The notes: generated from the letters alone by a model not told the origin. Shown: positions 40,928 through 55,289, counted from the first letter of the stretch. The stretch is 64,000 bases of DNA from the human T2T-CHM13v2.0 reference genome, Homo sapiens (GCF_009914755.1 NC_060930.1); one strand, 5' to 3'. Made by a program: numbers and translations.

Positions 40928-41390
40928 CTAATAGCTAACATTTGTAATGTGTTTGTTAAGTGCCAGGCACTTTGGTAAATACTTCACATGGGTAAAAAAA
41001 TTTAACTTCTTCTTCTGTGGTAGAGACAGTTTTGCTCTGTCGCCTAGGCTGGAGTGCAGTGATGTGATCACAGCTCACTGCAGCCTTGAACTCTTGGGCT
41101 GAAGTGGTCCTCCCACCTCAGCCTCCCAAGTAGCTGGGACTACAGGCGCATGCCACCATGTCTGGCTAATTTTTTCTTTTTCTTTTTTTCTTTTATAGAA
41201 ATAAGTTCTCACTGTGTTGCCTAGGCTGGTCTTGAACTTCAGGCCTTAAGTGATCCTTGCAACTTGGCCTCCCATAGTGCTGGAATTACAGGTGTGAGTC
41301 ACTGTGACCAGCCAGGTTTATGTAATTTAATCCTCATAACAGCTCCATGAGGAAACTGAAGCTCAGACAGGTTAAGTAACTTTCCTTAAA
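40928..41390 (-). mobile_element. MIR fragment split by an AluJ
   Basis: AATAGCTAACATTT...GTGCCAGGCAC on the left; TTTAATCCTCATAAC...GAGGAAACTGAAGCTCAGACAGGTTAAGTAACTT (MIR core) on the right. Confidence 0.75.
41022..41313 (-). mobile_element. AluJ
   Basis: GTGATCACAGCTCACTGCAGCCTTGAACTCTTGGGCT...CCTCCCACCTCAGCC (J-type right arm). Confidence 0.92.
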
Positions 41391-42313
41391 ATTAGTCTTC
41401 TAAATATTTAGAGATGTATAAGTCACAAAGCATGTTACTAAATATATGAGTAGATTTCACAGCTTAACTATTGAAATGAAGTGGAATAGATGCTGACATT
41501 TAAGGTGACAGGGCCCATCAAAAGTGCTATACAAACACAGGTGTGAGTTTAGAGATTTACATTAGTGTCGGAAATTAAAGCATTAACTATAATTTTACTG
41601 AGATGTTTCATTTTAGCTGACAGTTGTTGGCAGGAATGGAAACCAAATATATTAAATATACCATTGGTAGCTTTCTCGGTATAATATTGCCATCTCTAGG
41701 GAAAACATTATATTCACCCAACTTAGTCGTTGAGGGGTTTGTTTCCTAGCCCGTAGTTTTTCTATGCCCTTTTTGTTTTTCTTCTCTGCTACCTTTTGTT
41801 TATCTTTTTAAAAACATTTTTCAGATCACATTGTATATTTTAGTTCATGTTGAACAATTGACTCATGTATAATATTCAAAGATCAGTGTAAATCAAAATC
41901 CAGGCAGTAGATAAAAAATATATTTTTAAAATTTTAAATTAAATTTTATCAGGCAGTAGATTCTGTACTTGAAGTGGGAGTCATTATTTTAATAGGCCAG
42001 GAAAAGAAAAGTTATGGACTTGAGTTGTTTTTTTTTACTATCTCACAAGAGAGATGCCATAGAGGAAAGCCTACTGTTTCAAACTGGGCCTTTCACAAGG
42101 ATGGCTTGTTGGTTCAGTCCAGTAGTTCTGGACTATAGGGGTTATAGTCACCCCTGCTGGATATTTTGGCCATCTTTATGGTATTTTTTGTGTTTGTAAA
42201 AATGATTGGCAAGTACAACAGGTGTTTAGTAGACAGGAGATGGGGATGCTGGTGCATTTACAGTGCACTGAGTAGTTCTGTACAACCACAGATTTTCCCA
42301 CATCCTTCCTGCC

Positions 42314-42617
42314 TTTTTTTTTTTTTTTTTTTTTTTTTTGAGACAGAGTCTCTCTCTGTTGCCAAGCTGAAGTGCAGTGGCGCGATCTCGGCTCACTGCA
42401 ACCTCTGCCTCCCGGGTTCAAGCTATTATCTGCCTCAGTCTCCCAAGTAGCTGGGACTATAGGCGTGTGCCACCCCGCCCAGCTAATTTTTGTATTTTTA
42501 GTAGAGACAGAGTTTCACCATTTTCATCAGGATGGTCTTGATCTCTTGACCTGGTGGTCCGCCTGCTTCGGCCTTCCAAAGTGCTGGGATTACAGACGTG
42601 AGACACCATGCCTCGCC
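42314..42617 (-). mobile_element. AluSc-like, full length
   Basis: T26 tail, GGATGGTCTTGATCTCTTGACCT diagnostic, degenerate TSD TCCTTC(C/T)TG(C/A)CTTTT. Confidence 0.93.
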
Positions 42618-44706
42618 TCCTTCTTGACTTTTTATATTCATGTGAACAACAACAGAAACCCAGAAACCAAAAAACTAAACTGTTTCTAATTATCTGAATC
42701 TACAACTAAACACTGTTCTATAAATCAACACAAAATATTTTTCCCCCATGTTTTTGGTATACCCTCATTGTTCCTGGACTGCAACTAGCCTGTGAGTTGA
42801 GGAAGATAATACTTTGTTTCGTTCTGAGTGTTTCTGAGTTCGCTTTTTTGACAAAGAACATCACTGATGTGGTATTTGAAACACCAATGCACACACCGTG
42901 TCAGTTTGCATTGGTAGGTGGGTTATTCCCGATGTTTTTGCTGATGGGTATGGTATCTAACTACTTGATCATGTAGTCTAGGGCACTGTGTCTGATCAAT
43001 TATGTATGCCACTATTTTTTTGTTTTAAATTTTTAAATATTTTATATATATTTAGTTATGGAATTCTATTGATATTAAAAAATTGTGAATTTTATTTTTG
43101 GATAGTAATACAAGTATTGCAACATATTTTAAGTATTAAAATATTTAAAGAAGCATTGGGTCTGATCAGGTTGTTAACCACTAGTTCCACCCAAGGTGTG
43201 TTCCTTTGCTTTGCAGATTCTCAGGTATGATTCTGTTACATTCTTGCGTGTAGTATTATTAGCACTGACTGTAGCATATTTCTTATTTTTTTTTTGTCTT
43301 TTTGGAAGATTTAAAGTAGTTTTGGCTTACTGTTGTACTTTTCTAACACTTTTCTCTTTTTAAAAAAAGATATTGTTTGCCTCGCTAATACTAAAGTAGC
43401 TTTCACTGCAGTCACATTGTTTTCATAACTCAAGTTATATCTGGATATTTTCCTATTTTTTGTAAAAACAAAAAAAAAATCTTCTTAAACCTTCAATATG
43501 ACTTACTTTCGGTACCCTTAAGAACTTATTAGCAAAGTAGATGAAGGAAAGAGCCCAAAGCAAAAATAATAATAATAACTTCTTCTTGGACCCCTTCATA
43601 TACAGAGCTCAAAGCTCTTCATTTCTTGTGAATGCAGAACTTCCCAGAATCCCTGTGGAACAGGGCAAGCTAACCTCTCAGATAGGAAGGATTAAGACTG
43701 ATTGTCTGTTTACAGATTTTTTGGTGGGGATATTCAGTTCTTTCTATTTCCCTTGGAGAGTTCTTCATAGAACACGTAGTGAAGGTGCCTTTTTTTCTGA
43801 GCTTGTGCTGTTGATATAGCGAGGTTTCTGGTCTTTGGATCACTTTTGTATAGAATCCTAGAAATCATCCATTTATGACTATGATTTAAAATAGTCAGTC
43901 TTGAGGAGTTCTAATCATATAAAGAATTCTAATTTTCAAAATTAATTTTATTTGTTTATTTACATTTTGATGATGTTAGTGTAAAGAAAACCATAGAGAA
44001 ATCTCACATATCATAAATCACTGAGAGAACTTTGCCTTTGGATTAAGGGACCGCTGAAATTTAACTTGTCAATCTGCAAGCCTCGAAGATAAATAAACCT
44101 CAGGGGAGGCATAGGAGGGGTGGTTTGGGATGAGATGAGTAGGTCGGGGTGATCTCTTTCCCTTGCTTCTTTGAGAAGGCTAAGTGCTGCTAGAGCTCTG
44201 TTCTGAGGACCAGCTGGTGATAGATGAGCTTCAGTTCCTTCTTTTTTCCAGCAACAGCAGCCTTAGTGCAATAGTTCCTCAGTGCCGCGTGGTTCTTTCT
44301 TCCCTTTCCAGCTTGAACACAGACATAGGCCCATCATCTCATTTTTTCTAACCATAGTATAACCTTTACTTTTGTGGACATTTCCTAGATGTCATATATT
44401 CTGTTTACTTAACATTATTTTAATGATACCATCTCCTTTTTTTATTTCAAGGAAATGTGCTCATATATTTTCCACATTAATCTTGATTCTGGTTTTACAT
44501 TTTTACTAAAAAGAAGTTTGTCATGGGAAAGAGTGGAAGATGAGACTAGCAAGATAGGAGGGCAGGAAGGAATTGTGGAAGGTTTTTGAGGATCAGGGTG
44601 ACATGTTATAATCTAGTATGATGAAGAGAACTGCAACAGCTGAGTAAATAAAGGATTGGGGAATTGAGACCCAAGTTGAGACATAAGGTCACCAAGTAAT
44701 TAATTA

Positions 44707-44931
44707 TAGGCTGAGTATCCCTTATCTAAAATGCTTGGGATCAGATGTGTTTTGGATTTCTATTTTTTTTCAGATTTTGGAAAGTTTATCTTATACACTT
44801 ACTGGTTGAGCATCTGAAAATCTGAAATGCTCCAGTGAGCATTTAATCTGAGTGTCATGTTGATGCTCAAAATGTTTTAGATTTTGGAGCACTTTGGATT
44901 CTGTATTTTCAGGTTTGGGATGTTCAACCTG
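44707..44931 (+). mobile_element. Tigger4a (MER46A) non-autonomous DNA transposon
   Basis: Terminal inverted repeats (T/C)AGGCTGAGTATCCC ... GGGATGTTCAACCTG, preceded by TA, with internal GATTTT-rich repeats. Confidence 0.85.
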
Positions 44932-44939
44932 TTGAATGT

Positions 44940-45430
44940 TGAGACTTATGGTAGAGACCTCTTAGAAGGATATTGCCAGTGTTCAGGTTAATGATAAAGA
45001 TGATTATTTGTTGAGCAAATAGTGAGTGACCAAATGAAAGACTGAATGAGGATGTGAACTATATTAGTAGCTGTGAGAATGGAAAGAAGTGGGCAAATGT
45101 GGTAGACATTATGGAAATAGCCTAAAGACTTGATGGCTAATGGAATGTGCAGTGAAGATGACTCCAAGCCATCTGGTATAGAGGACAAGAGTAGTGTAAT
45201 GTTAGTAATGATAGTGAACATAAAAAAAAGGAGTATGTTTTTGGGTTAGGATAGTATATTTGATGTGAAGATATTGCTTGTGAGTGCTATGGGCCAGTAG
45301 AGATAGACAGTGGGCAGTTCAAAATGTTAGGTTGAGTTCAGGAGATCGTTGTTGAAAGTATATAATCACAATATCACAGAAAATAGTATTTGCAACTGTG
45401 AAAACAAAGCTTGCTAAGGGAGAGAGGATG
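44940..45430 (-). mobile_element. L2 fragment
   Basis: Purine-rich degenerate L2 motifs (GAGAATGGAAAGAAGTGG...GACTTGATGGCTAATGGAATGTG...GATGACTCCAAG). Confidence 0.55.
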
Positions 45431-45469
45431 AATAAGATCTGGGAAAATTAATCTTATAGTAGATTTTTC

Positions 45470-45650
45470 ATGACCCTGTGTTAGTTACTGACCCTTTCAA
45501 TGCCTCATTTTCTTCTATTATAAAATGAGGAAAATTATAGTATCTCCTTAATAGAATTGTTGTGAAATTGAATGGAATTATCTATGTAAATTGCATAGAG
45601 CTTGGCAGGCATATAGTAAGCATTCATTAAAGGTTAGCTATCTTATTGTT
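45470..45650 (+). mobile_element. MIR
   Basis: TGCCTCATTTTCTTCTATTATAAAATGAGG...GTTGTGAAATTGAATG...GGCATATAGTAAGCATTCATTAAAGGTTAGCTAT. Confidence 0.75.
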
Positions 45651-45820
45651 TATTGAAGGTTTAAAATTAAACAAGTGATCTTATTAGCAGTGATATTTTT
45701 ATTTCTCAAGTTAAAACTGTTTGGTTTTTGTAGGTGTGGTTAGTTGTAATCTTGGAACTAATTTTTTGTGATAAATATGTAATTCACGTTTGAGTATTTT
45801 TATTTAAAGTGTTCACTTTT

Positions 45821-46107
<287 letters not shown>

Positions 46108-47754
46108 TTATTAAAGTGCCCACTTTTCTTGACATCCTCTAAGATGTAGACTTTACCCTTGGTTGAATATATAATGTTTTTCTTTGATTAGAGTGGGGTA
46201 AATGAAGGGTGATGATACTCACACTGAATCTTGAATTTGACACATTTCTTCCAATGAAAATGGGCTGCAAGGAACCCAGTTGTATCTGGCACCGTTTTTT
46301 AGTTTTTTTTTCTCTGACACAGGATTATTGTGCTGTAGAAGTGTCATTTGGGGGAGCCAAAGCACTGTACTATAATATATATACCAGTCCATTCAGTGTA
46401 GAAGGGGAAAAAAAAATAGTGTCATGAATTGAAGTTCATGCTTTTCAGGTGTTTGTATGTTTCTTCCTTCTGCTTTAATAGTAAATGGTTAGAGGGATTT
46501 GTTAAATAGTAAATGAATAAAACTAAATGCAGAGCACATATATAGCTAGAATTTTAATTTTTTTACATTTGTATTTTAGTTCTATTGATATTTTAAAGGT
46601 AATGAGAAATTAGCATCTTCAGTTGGATATGTATCATATCCCTTCAAAGCTGTAATTGCTTTAAATTAGACTGTCAATTCCTTGTCTAATTGAGACCCAT
46701 GGTGAAATCCCAAAAAAAAAAAAAAGCAGTCTTTGGATTTTTCCGGTCAGTGAACTGGCTAATATTTTCTGAGTTCCTGTAGATACAAAGCACTGTAAAT
46801 TATATTTACAATATCACCACTTGAGTAAGTACTTAAAGAGACAATTTTGGAACTGTTTGGTTGATTAGTGTACATCAGAGCTATTGTTTGGTTTCTCTAG
46901 GTAGAGGTTGTTCAGGGATGTAATAGGATCTGCATACAAATAGATTGCAATTTGTGTTTAGAAAGGATAACTTACTTTTAAAGTTCTGTCTCTCCTGATT
47001 TTCATTCAGTTTGCTGTATACCACTTAAAACAGATTAGAATTCATTTTCTTATTCCTGTCTAAAATAACCTTGGCCTGATTACTTTTCTTTTTATTTACC
47101 ACTCCTCTTGAGACAGGTGTGTGTGCATGCACACATACATAAAAGAAGATCTACGGTTTTGGTGGTATTTATAGCAGGGAAAAGAGATGATTTATTTGAA
47201 CTTTTTAGTAGATTACTATCGGTAGTCTTAGGAAAAGTCTATTTTGGAATTTCACTGCCTCTTTTTTATTTTTTTATTTTTTGGTGAGAGGTTGCTAGAG
47301 CAGAGGGGCTGTCTCCAAGACCATGTCTTCATCAGAAACTGGGGTTTAATAGATGTTAGAAATGGTATATATTTCTTCCACCATCTCTTAAGCTCTTCTG
47401 TTTATTACCTGACTTTTGTTTATCAAATTCCAGAGTTGCTTACTTTTGTTTTGTTAGCTAATAGGGGTGCTTTGGGTGGGTTAAGAGAAGAAATACTTTT
47501 TTCAAAAGTCACCATCATTCTGTGTGAGAGAGAATGTAATTCCTATAGAGAAAAGTAATTAGTTAGCTTGGTGTGTTGTAATGGCAGCTTTGCTATTTTT
47601 TTGTACTCTTTCTCTTTCTTCATTTCACAAAGAAGGTTGACAAGCTACTTACCTTTCTATGAATCCTTTTCTTTAAAACTATATAATTGAATGCCTAGAG
47701 AAATGAACCTTGGCTTCAGCAGTACTGAATGGCAAAAGTGGAAAGAAACTCATT

Positions 47755-47815
47755 TTTCCCTTCCTTCCTTCCCTACTTCTCTTTCTCCTTCCATGCTTTC
47801 CTTCCTTCTTTCCCT
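47755..47815. repeat. CT-rich (TTCC)n-like low-complexity tract
   Basis: TTTTCCCTTCCTTCCTTCCCTACTTCTCTTTCTCCTTCC... Confidence 0.7.
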
Positions 47816-48592
47816 GTTTCTTAAAAAATGAGATTTGAATCTAGTTTGGGTAAAGTTGACCTGTGGGGAGTTGAAGGAGAAAACTGAAATTAAGTATTTT
47901 TCTTCTCTTATGAGTATTGTGTTAATTTGCTCCAAATGACAGAATTAGCCTCAATGTTGAGAAGTGCTAAGTTTCAGCAAATGAAGTTGAGCTTAATTTG
48001 TATTTCTTTATGTTTACTGTGTATGTGGTAAAATTAGATAATTAATAAAGGTTTAAAGGGATTCTAACTGATAAACTCACGGTTTCACCTTCTTAAACCT
48101 AAGAAGCATAATTTGCCTAAATTATGCAAAATGCTAATTAAAGGGTTTAATTTGCTAATCATATCCATTTGATTAGAGGCAGATGCTGATTATCTGCACA
48201 ATTCTAAAAGGACCTTTCAAAGATGGCTTTCATTATTTAAAATCAACTTGTCAAATTAAGGCATAAACTTAAGGAATAACAAATACCAGTAGTTAACTAC
48301 ATACTTCCAGTGTAACGCAGGGCAAGATGATTCACAAATGCTGTGCATCAAAGACTTGGTGTATTCAATGTCATTGTGAATTTCAGTAGTCCCAAAGTTT
48401 AAGAGTTGAACTTTGTTTGGCTTTTTTATTGAGCTTATTAGATTCTCTAGTCATACCTTTGTTGGTCCTTTGGGTCTTTGACTATTTTCCCGGCTCTTTT
48501 TTCTTCCTGCTGTGAGTCAGACAGCACAAAGAGCAGAGGCAGTCTTGTCCATGTGCATTCACACCATGCATAGAAATGGTCAGAACATATCG

Positions 48593-48935
<343 letters not shown>

Positions 48936-49200
48936 TTACCAAATCTTCCTCTTACATATCTAAGAGATGTGGCAGGAAACAGACAACAGGTATGGGTCAG
49001 TGTTACTGCCGGGAAGGAGGGGGAACATCTCAGTTCAATAACTGAACAAGAATTTGGATCCAGGCACCCAGCCTTTGTATACTCCCTGGCTTGTCTTTTT
49101 CTTAGAGTGAAGACAGAAAACTATTTATAGACTGGTCAAGTGTGTCTGTGGCTGATTTAGGGCAAAGACTAGGGAAACCAAGGCAGAAACTGCATTACTT

Positions 49201-49491
49201 TTTTCTTTTTTTTTGAGATGGGGTCTCATTCTATTGCCCAGGCTGGAGTGCAGTGGTGCGATCATGGCTTCACCTCCCCAGGCTCAGGTAATCCTTCCAC
49301 CTCAGCCTCTTGAGTAGCTGGGACTACAGGCATGAGTCACCACGCGTGGCTAAATTTTGTACTTTTTTTTTCTGTAGAGATGGGTTTTGCCATGTTGCCT
49401 GGGCTGGTCTCAAACTCCTGGGTTCAAGTGATCTGCCTGCCTCGGCCTCCCAAAATGTTAGGATTGCAGGTATGAGCCACTGCGCCTGGCC
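49201..49491 (-). mobile_element. AluJ with 14-bp TSD
   Basis: AAACTGCATTACTT at 49187-49200 and 49493-49506. Confidence 0.93.
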
Positions 49492-49689
49492 AAAACTGCA
49501 TTACTTCTAATCCAAGTTAGAAACAAATGGCCCAGTAACAGAAAATGTTTGGGGTTTTGCATTCGAGACCTAGGGTGTTAGGATAGGGCATCTGAGCTAT
49601 AGACATATGAATCCTGCTTTGACCTGCATCAAGATCAAGGGTAGTAGGATGAGAGCATGCTGTCTAAGTGGGGATACACCAGAGAGGTC

Positions 49690-49930
49690 ATATAGCTTGT
49701 GAGTGAAGAGCATAGGCTCTGGTGCTGTAACACCTGTAGTTGAATACTGGTGCTGCTATTTACTAGTTGTTTTTCTTCTCTGACTTGGTTTCCTCATCTG
49801 TAAAATACAGTATATAATAGTAATACCTCATAACTTTGGGAGGCTTTAATAAGTTAGTACCTTTTATAAAGTACTTATTAACAGTGCCTAGCATATAGTA
49901 AGTACACAACAAATATTAACTATTATTTAT
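49690..49930 (+). mobile_element. MIR
   Basis: AAGAGCATAGGCTCTGG...TTGGTTTCCTCATCTGTAAAAT...ACAGTGCCTAGCATATAGTAAGTAC. Confidence 0.8.
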
Positions 49931-50462
49931 TATTATTTGTTACCATTCTAGCTTTTGTATGAGATTTGCAAATGATAATGTATAGGGAGAACACTGGATT
50001 TCATCCCCCAATACCCACTTGAGTTGTTTAACTGTGCTACAAATATATGTAGAGTAATAAGTTATAAGAACTTCAGTAGTATAAAGCTAATAGAACTTGA
50101 AATACTAGAGTTTTATTAAAATGAATAAACACAGATTTGAGTCCAAATCTTCTTTTCATGCAGTCTGAGGAGGTTAGGGATATGTGTAAATTGTTACTAA
50201 ACTGACAACTATTGGAAGAACCTGATCATGAGCACTTTTTACATTTGAACTCAAAGGGTAAAAGGGGAGGTTCCTTTAAATTTAGTTATTTTTTAGCTTT
50301 TAGAGGATTAGATTTGTGATAGGATAAGGAATAATAGAGTGCTGTTGATTTTATCCTGGCTAAGATTAATAGTCTGTTTGCCACTTCTATGCCTAAATGT
50401 CTCTAGAATCTGTCCATCTCCTTTCAGTTTCATCGTCACTATTCTAGCTTGGGCTACCATGA

Positions 50463-50786
<324 letters not shown>

Positions 50787-51151
50787 ATCCAATCCATTCT
50801 TTATCCTGAAGCAAGAGTGCAGATATTTACAGATGTCTATACTACAGCCCCTCCCCAACTCTTCAGCAATTTCCTATTAATATAATGTTAATCTTCCAAA
50901 TTCGTAATAAGTTACCTCAAGCTCTGATCCCTGTTTACCTCCCTAGCCTCATCTCTTACCACTAATCTGTAAACTCTATGGACCAGCCATGTGAACTTCC
51001 TTTAGTTGTGAAAACATGTTTTTTTCCCTTGACTTTGGATACTCTTCCCTACATTTCATCTAATTCTGACCCATCTGTCATGTATCAGCTTAAACAGTTT
51101 TCTTTCTGGGACATTTTCTTAAGTTTGGCGTAGAAACCCATCCTCTGTGGC

Positions 51152-51457
51152 TTTTTTTTTTTTTTTTTTTTTTTTTGAGACAGTTTCGCTCTTGTTGCCC
51201 AGGCTGGAGTGCAGTGGTGCGATCTCGGCTCACTGAAACCTCTGCCTTCTGTGTGTTCAAGAGATTCTCCTCCCTCAGCCTCCTGAGTAGCCAGGATTAC
51301 AGGTGCCTGCCACCACTCCTGGCTAATTTTTGTATTTTTAGTAGAGATGGGGTTTCACCATGTTGGTGAAGCTGGTATCGGATTCCTGACCTCGTGATCC
51401 ACCCGCCTTGGCCTCCCAAAGTGCTGGGGTTACAGGCATGAGCCACCGCACCCGGCT
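51152..51457 (-). mobile_element. AluSq/Sp-like
   Basis: TTTCGCTCTTGTTGCCCAGG diagnostic; flanking repeat TCCTCTGT at 51141 and 51458. Confidence 0.92.
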
Positions 51458-52402
51458 TCCTCTGTCAGAGCACTTGTACTTGAGGGTTATCACCCGCCTG
51501 TCTTGAAATGGGCTCTAAGTCTCCTGAAAGCAAAGGACCCTGAATATGGTGTTTATTACCTAACACAATGTCTAGCCTATAGGAGGTACTTAATATATGT
51601 TGGTTGAACAAAGGAGTAAATAAATGAAGTAGCTACCTACAGTTGTTCCCCAGAAGATACATTACTTAAGCACCCTAGAAACTGTTTGGCCTTTTGAATG
51701 TTTATTGTAAAGTTTAAATTCTCAGTCGTTTGTTCTTAGTTTGTGCTAACAGCTTCATAAAATGGGTGGATCAAGCAATAGTGTGCAGTTAGCAAACTGG
51801 GTCCACAAACTCAAGATTCAAATCACTTTTGGCTAATTGTGTACTTATGGACATCAGATTGCTCTTGCATTAAAATTTATTAGGCAGACTTTGAGTGGGA
51901 AAATAAAAATCTTGATTCGGTAGATGCTGGAGAACAGTAAAAAATAGAAACATTTGCAGGTTGGTGAGATTTCCCAGATTCAGTGTGTGGTGTATCTCTA
52001 AAGTTCAAAATCCTTCAAGAAGGTTGCTGGTGTATGCTGGGTGTCAGAACAGGAGAGATGTTTTTAACACCTAGCACAGCTGCAAACTAGATGGTCTGGA
52101 ATTTGCAAGTACATCTTTCAGTTTTATTTCATCTTGAAGCTTTCACGTGGGTTTAACAGTTATTCAATGTAATTGAAGTTAATGTAGCTAAAATTGCATA
52201 TTATTTTTGAAGTGTTAAGAATGAAAATAATTTATGGTCTTTAAGAATGAGTATGCCAATATTTCATATTCTGTATTGGCAGTACAGTAAAAATTAATTA
52301 TTTTTGCTGTAAGTATTATATAAATAATAAAGATATTTAGGAGGGAGTATATATGCTTATAGGAAATAAATGTTTTGCCTCCCAGGAGATCATCTTAGCT
52401 GG

Positions 52403-53171
52403 TACAGTGGATTAAAAATGGCCTCAAATTATTTGACATTTTCTCATTGAGAAGTGGGATCTATGTCACCACCCCTTGAATCTCAGTGGGTTTAAAAAAT
52501 AATGGTTAAATATACATAATCTTTACATTTTAAACTATTTTTAAGTGTACAGTTCTTTGTCATTAAGTGTATTCACATTGTTGTGCAACCATCCCCATTC
52601 ATCTCCAGAACTTTTTCATCTTCTCCAGCTGAAACTCATTACCCTTTAAATACTAACTCGTCATTCTTCCCCTGCCCACCTCTTGATGTGAGTGGGTTTT
52701 GGCAAATAGAGTATGGATGGCAGCAGTGACAGAGTACCAGTGTCTGGGTACAGGCTTTAAGAAACTGGGGGCTTCCACTTTCTGTCTCTGGTACACAGTC
52801 TTCAGGAGCTCTGGGATGCCATTAAGAATTCTAAGTAGACTTGATGGAGAATCTGTTCTGAAACCTGGCAGTAACTAGTAATTGCCATACTGGAGAGGCA
52901 TGTTGACATTCCCACCTGAGCCCAGCCTTTTAAGCATCCCTGTCAAGGTGCCATACATGAGAGCAGAGCCATCTAAGAACCTCCAGATTAATCTGTTCAC
53001 CAGCTCAGTACCTCTGGTGACTTCGTTTGGTGCCACATGGAGTAGAGACATTGTCAGCAGCACCCTTTCTGAATACCTGACCATCAGAATTGAGAGCTGT
53101 AATACAATGGCTGTTATTTTAAACTGTTAAGTTTTGGGATAGTTTGTTATGCAGTGACAGATAATTAGAAC
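52403..53171 (+). mobile_element. MLT1 (MLT1H-like) MaLR solo LTR, interrupted by an L1 fragment
   Basis: GATTAAAAATGGCCTCAAATTATTTGACA...CCCCTTGAATCT start and AAGTTTTGGGATAGTTTGTTATGCAGTGACAGATAATTAGAAC end. Confidence 0.75.
52491..52685 (-). mobile_element. Old L1 (L1MB-like) 3' end nested in MLT1
   Basis: ATTTTTAAGTGTACAGTTC...ATTCACATTGTTGTGCAACCATC...CATCTCCAGAACTTTTTCATCTT; flanked by a repeated AGTGGGTTT. Confidence 0.8.
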
Positions 53172-53920
53172 TGGTAGCTAGAGCTTCTGGCTTCTTGAGT
53201 TTGAGCTGAAAATAACAATCAGTGTATCCTAAATACCTCAAAACAACTGTACTATGATTTGGAAAGACTATATAAAATGTAATGAAAGATGCTATTAACA
53301 ATAAATAATATGGAAAATGAAATTCCAATAATTAGTTGAGTGGAGAAGACAACTCTGAGGAGCCCAGATTACTTAGAAGGGACAGAAATGGGAAAATTGT
53401 TGATAAATGCTTTTCACCTTTCAGAAATTTGATTGGTGAATCTGCTTAAAATTAGCTGAGAAGTTTGTGGCTTTTTCATTTTGAAGAAGAGATTTGCCAG
53501 GAGTCAGAATCCTTTAAATTTTTCCAAAGACAGCTTTATTATGTTTAGGACAGTGGAAAGTAATGTAATAAGGTATAAGGTATGAGATAATGAGGTTGAT
53601 GTTTTTATGTGGTGCCCTTAGCCCCTTAGAGTTTGCCAAAATTTAAAGCAGACCAAGTTTAATGAGTGTACTTCATAGTATAGATTGTGGACAGTCCTTT
53701 TTGCTTGCTAAATTCAGTTTAGCTCAGTTGGTGAATACCAATATGCTCAGAGTACTGTGTAGGTGCTATGGGGGATTTAAAAACACCTTCTTAAGTAGAA
53801 AGAGGTATAAATAAATGAATAAAACAATCACAAGTTACTATAGACACCACATTATACAGGCTTCTTAATTTTTGTATGCCATTTCTAAATGGTTGCAGAT
53901 TTTTCTCCTTTTATTTTCAG

Positions 53921-53971
53921 CATTTAATGCTTTATATTGGCTCTTGATATACGGAGTTTGGATTATGGAAG
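53921..53971 (+). other. Candidate 51-nt exon (unverified)
   Basis: Acceptor TTTTTCTCCTTTTATTTTCAG| and donor AAG|GTAAGG; length divisible by 3; one open frame FNALYWLLIYGVWIME. Confidence 0.35.
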
Positions 53972-55289
53972 GTAAGGGGGAGATTTTAATTCATATGGAA
54001 ATCTATGGAAATTATTTCTTACTGAAAAACTGAAAATAGATAAAATAAAAAAATACAATTTCATAAGTGCAGGAAAGCAGGACAGTTGAGGCCTAATACC
54101 CTTTTGTGTTGGCAGACAGATTTGCTGCTATTATGACACTTTGCTTAAGGAATGGGAGTATCGTGGATGAGTACAAACCTATACACAGCTGTTTGTGTTT
54201 GCTGCACAGCTTCCTGGATACCTTAAGCTGTATCACTTTTGGATTGTAATGATTTTACTGGAGGCAAGAAACAAAGTGAACAAGATACAGCATCAAAATT
54301 CTCTTTTAAGTTTCCCAAGGCTGCTCTTATTTCTCTCTACAAAATAGAAATAATAATTTTGCCTTTTTTTGATAACACTAGCAGTAGCAAGCAAAGTATA
54401 GATAAGAACAAGTGACATATTTTGAGTAAGTGATCAATGTCAGGATCTTTACAGAGAACAATAGGATGGATCTAAAATGAATGAACTGAGTGTTTTCTCT
54501 TTTTTTTGCAGTTTTGGGGGGCATCGAATGAAAATGGCCACATTTAGGTAGGGTAGGAGAACAGGCTTTGGAAGGAGCGGGTATTTTATTACAGTGTGAA
54601 TAAAATAAATATTTAGAACATTACAAGAATGATGGCTGACACTGAGAGATTCATGTTAATGTTATAGGTTTCTCAAGGCTAATAGGAGCTCTTATCTTGT
54701 ATTTCTAATGTAGAGGAATAGAAGGAAATCTATGGATGGATGGGGTGCAGAAGAATGGCCCTTTGGCAGTGTCGGTAGTGCTGCTTCCTGTCACACTCTA
54801 GTGTTACAGCACTTATAAACTGGATGTGCCTTCTGAGGATACTATCCTTTCTGAGTGCATTGTGGCCTCTTCCTATATTTGAATCCATGTTTTAAGTGCA
54901 GATGAAGCACTTGGACACTGTGGCACTGTAAGTAGGATTAGAACCGTGACTTAGGATAGGGTATAACCAAGGGGAGGAAGCTTGGTGGACCTTGAAGTAA
55001 GATAAATGTGTGAGTAGCCTCTTTCTCCTTCTTGATGCAGGGCACATGGATGAGATGGTTGGGAAACACTTTTTAAGTCCCTGTCAATGTCAAGAAGTGG
55101 CTTGAAGGGGCTTTAATCTCTCAATCCCTTCCCCACCAAGGTACCCCAGATTAATGAACAATTGATAAAAAGTGTGCTTTCTATGCAAATGTGTCTTTTA
55201 AGATAAGTTCCCTAGCAAAATCCCACTCCTAAGCACATCCTATGTAGAAATTCTGGGGCCACTGTTGTCCTTTATATTATTTTATAGCT

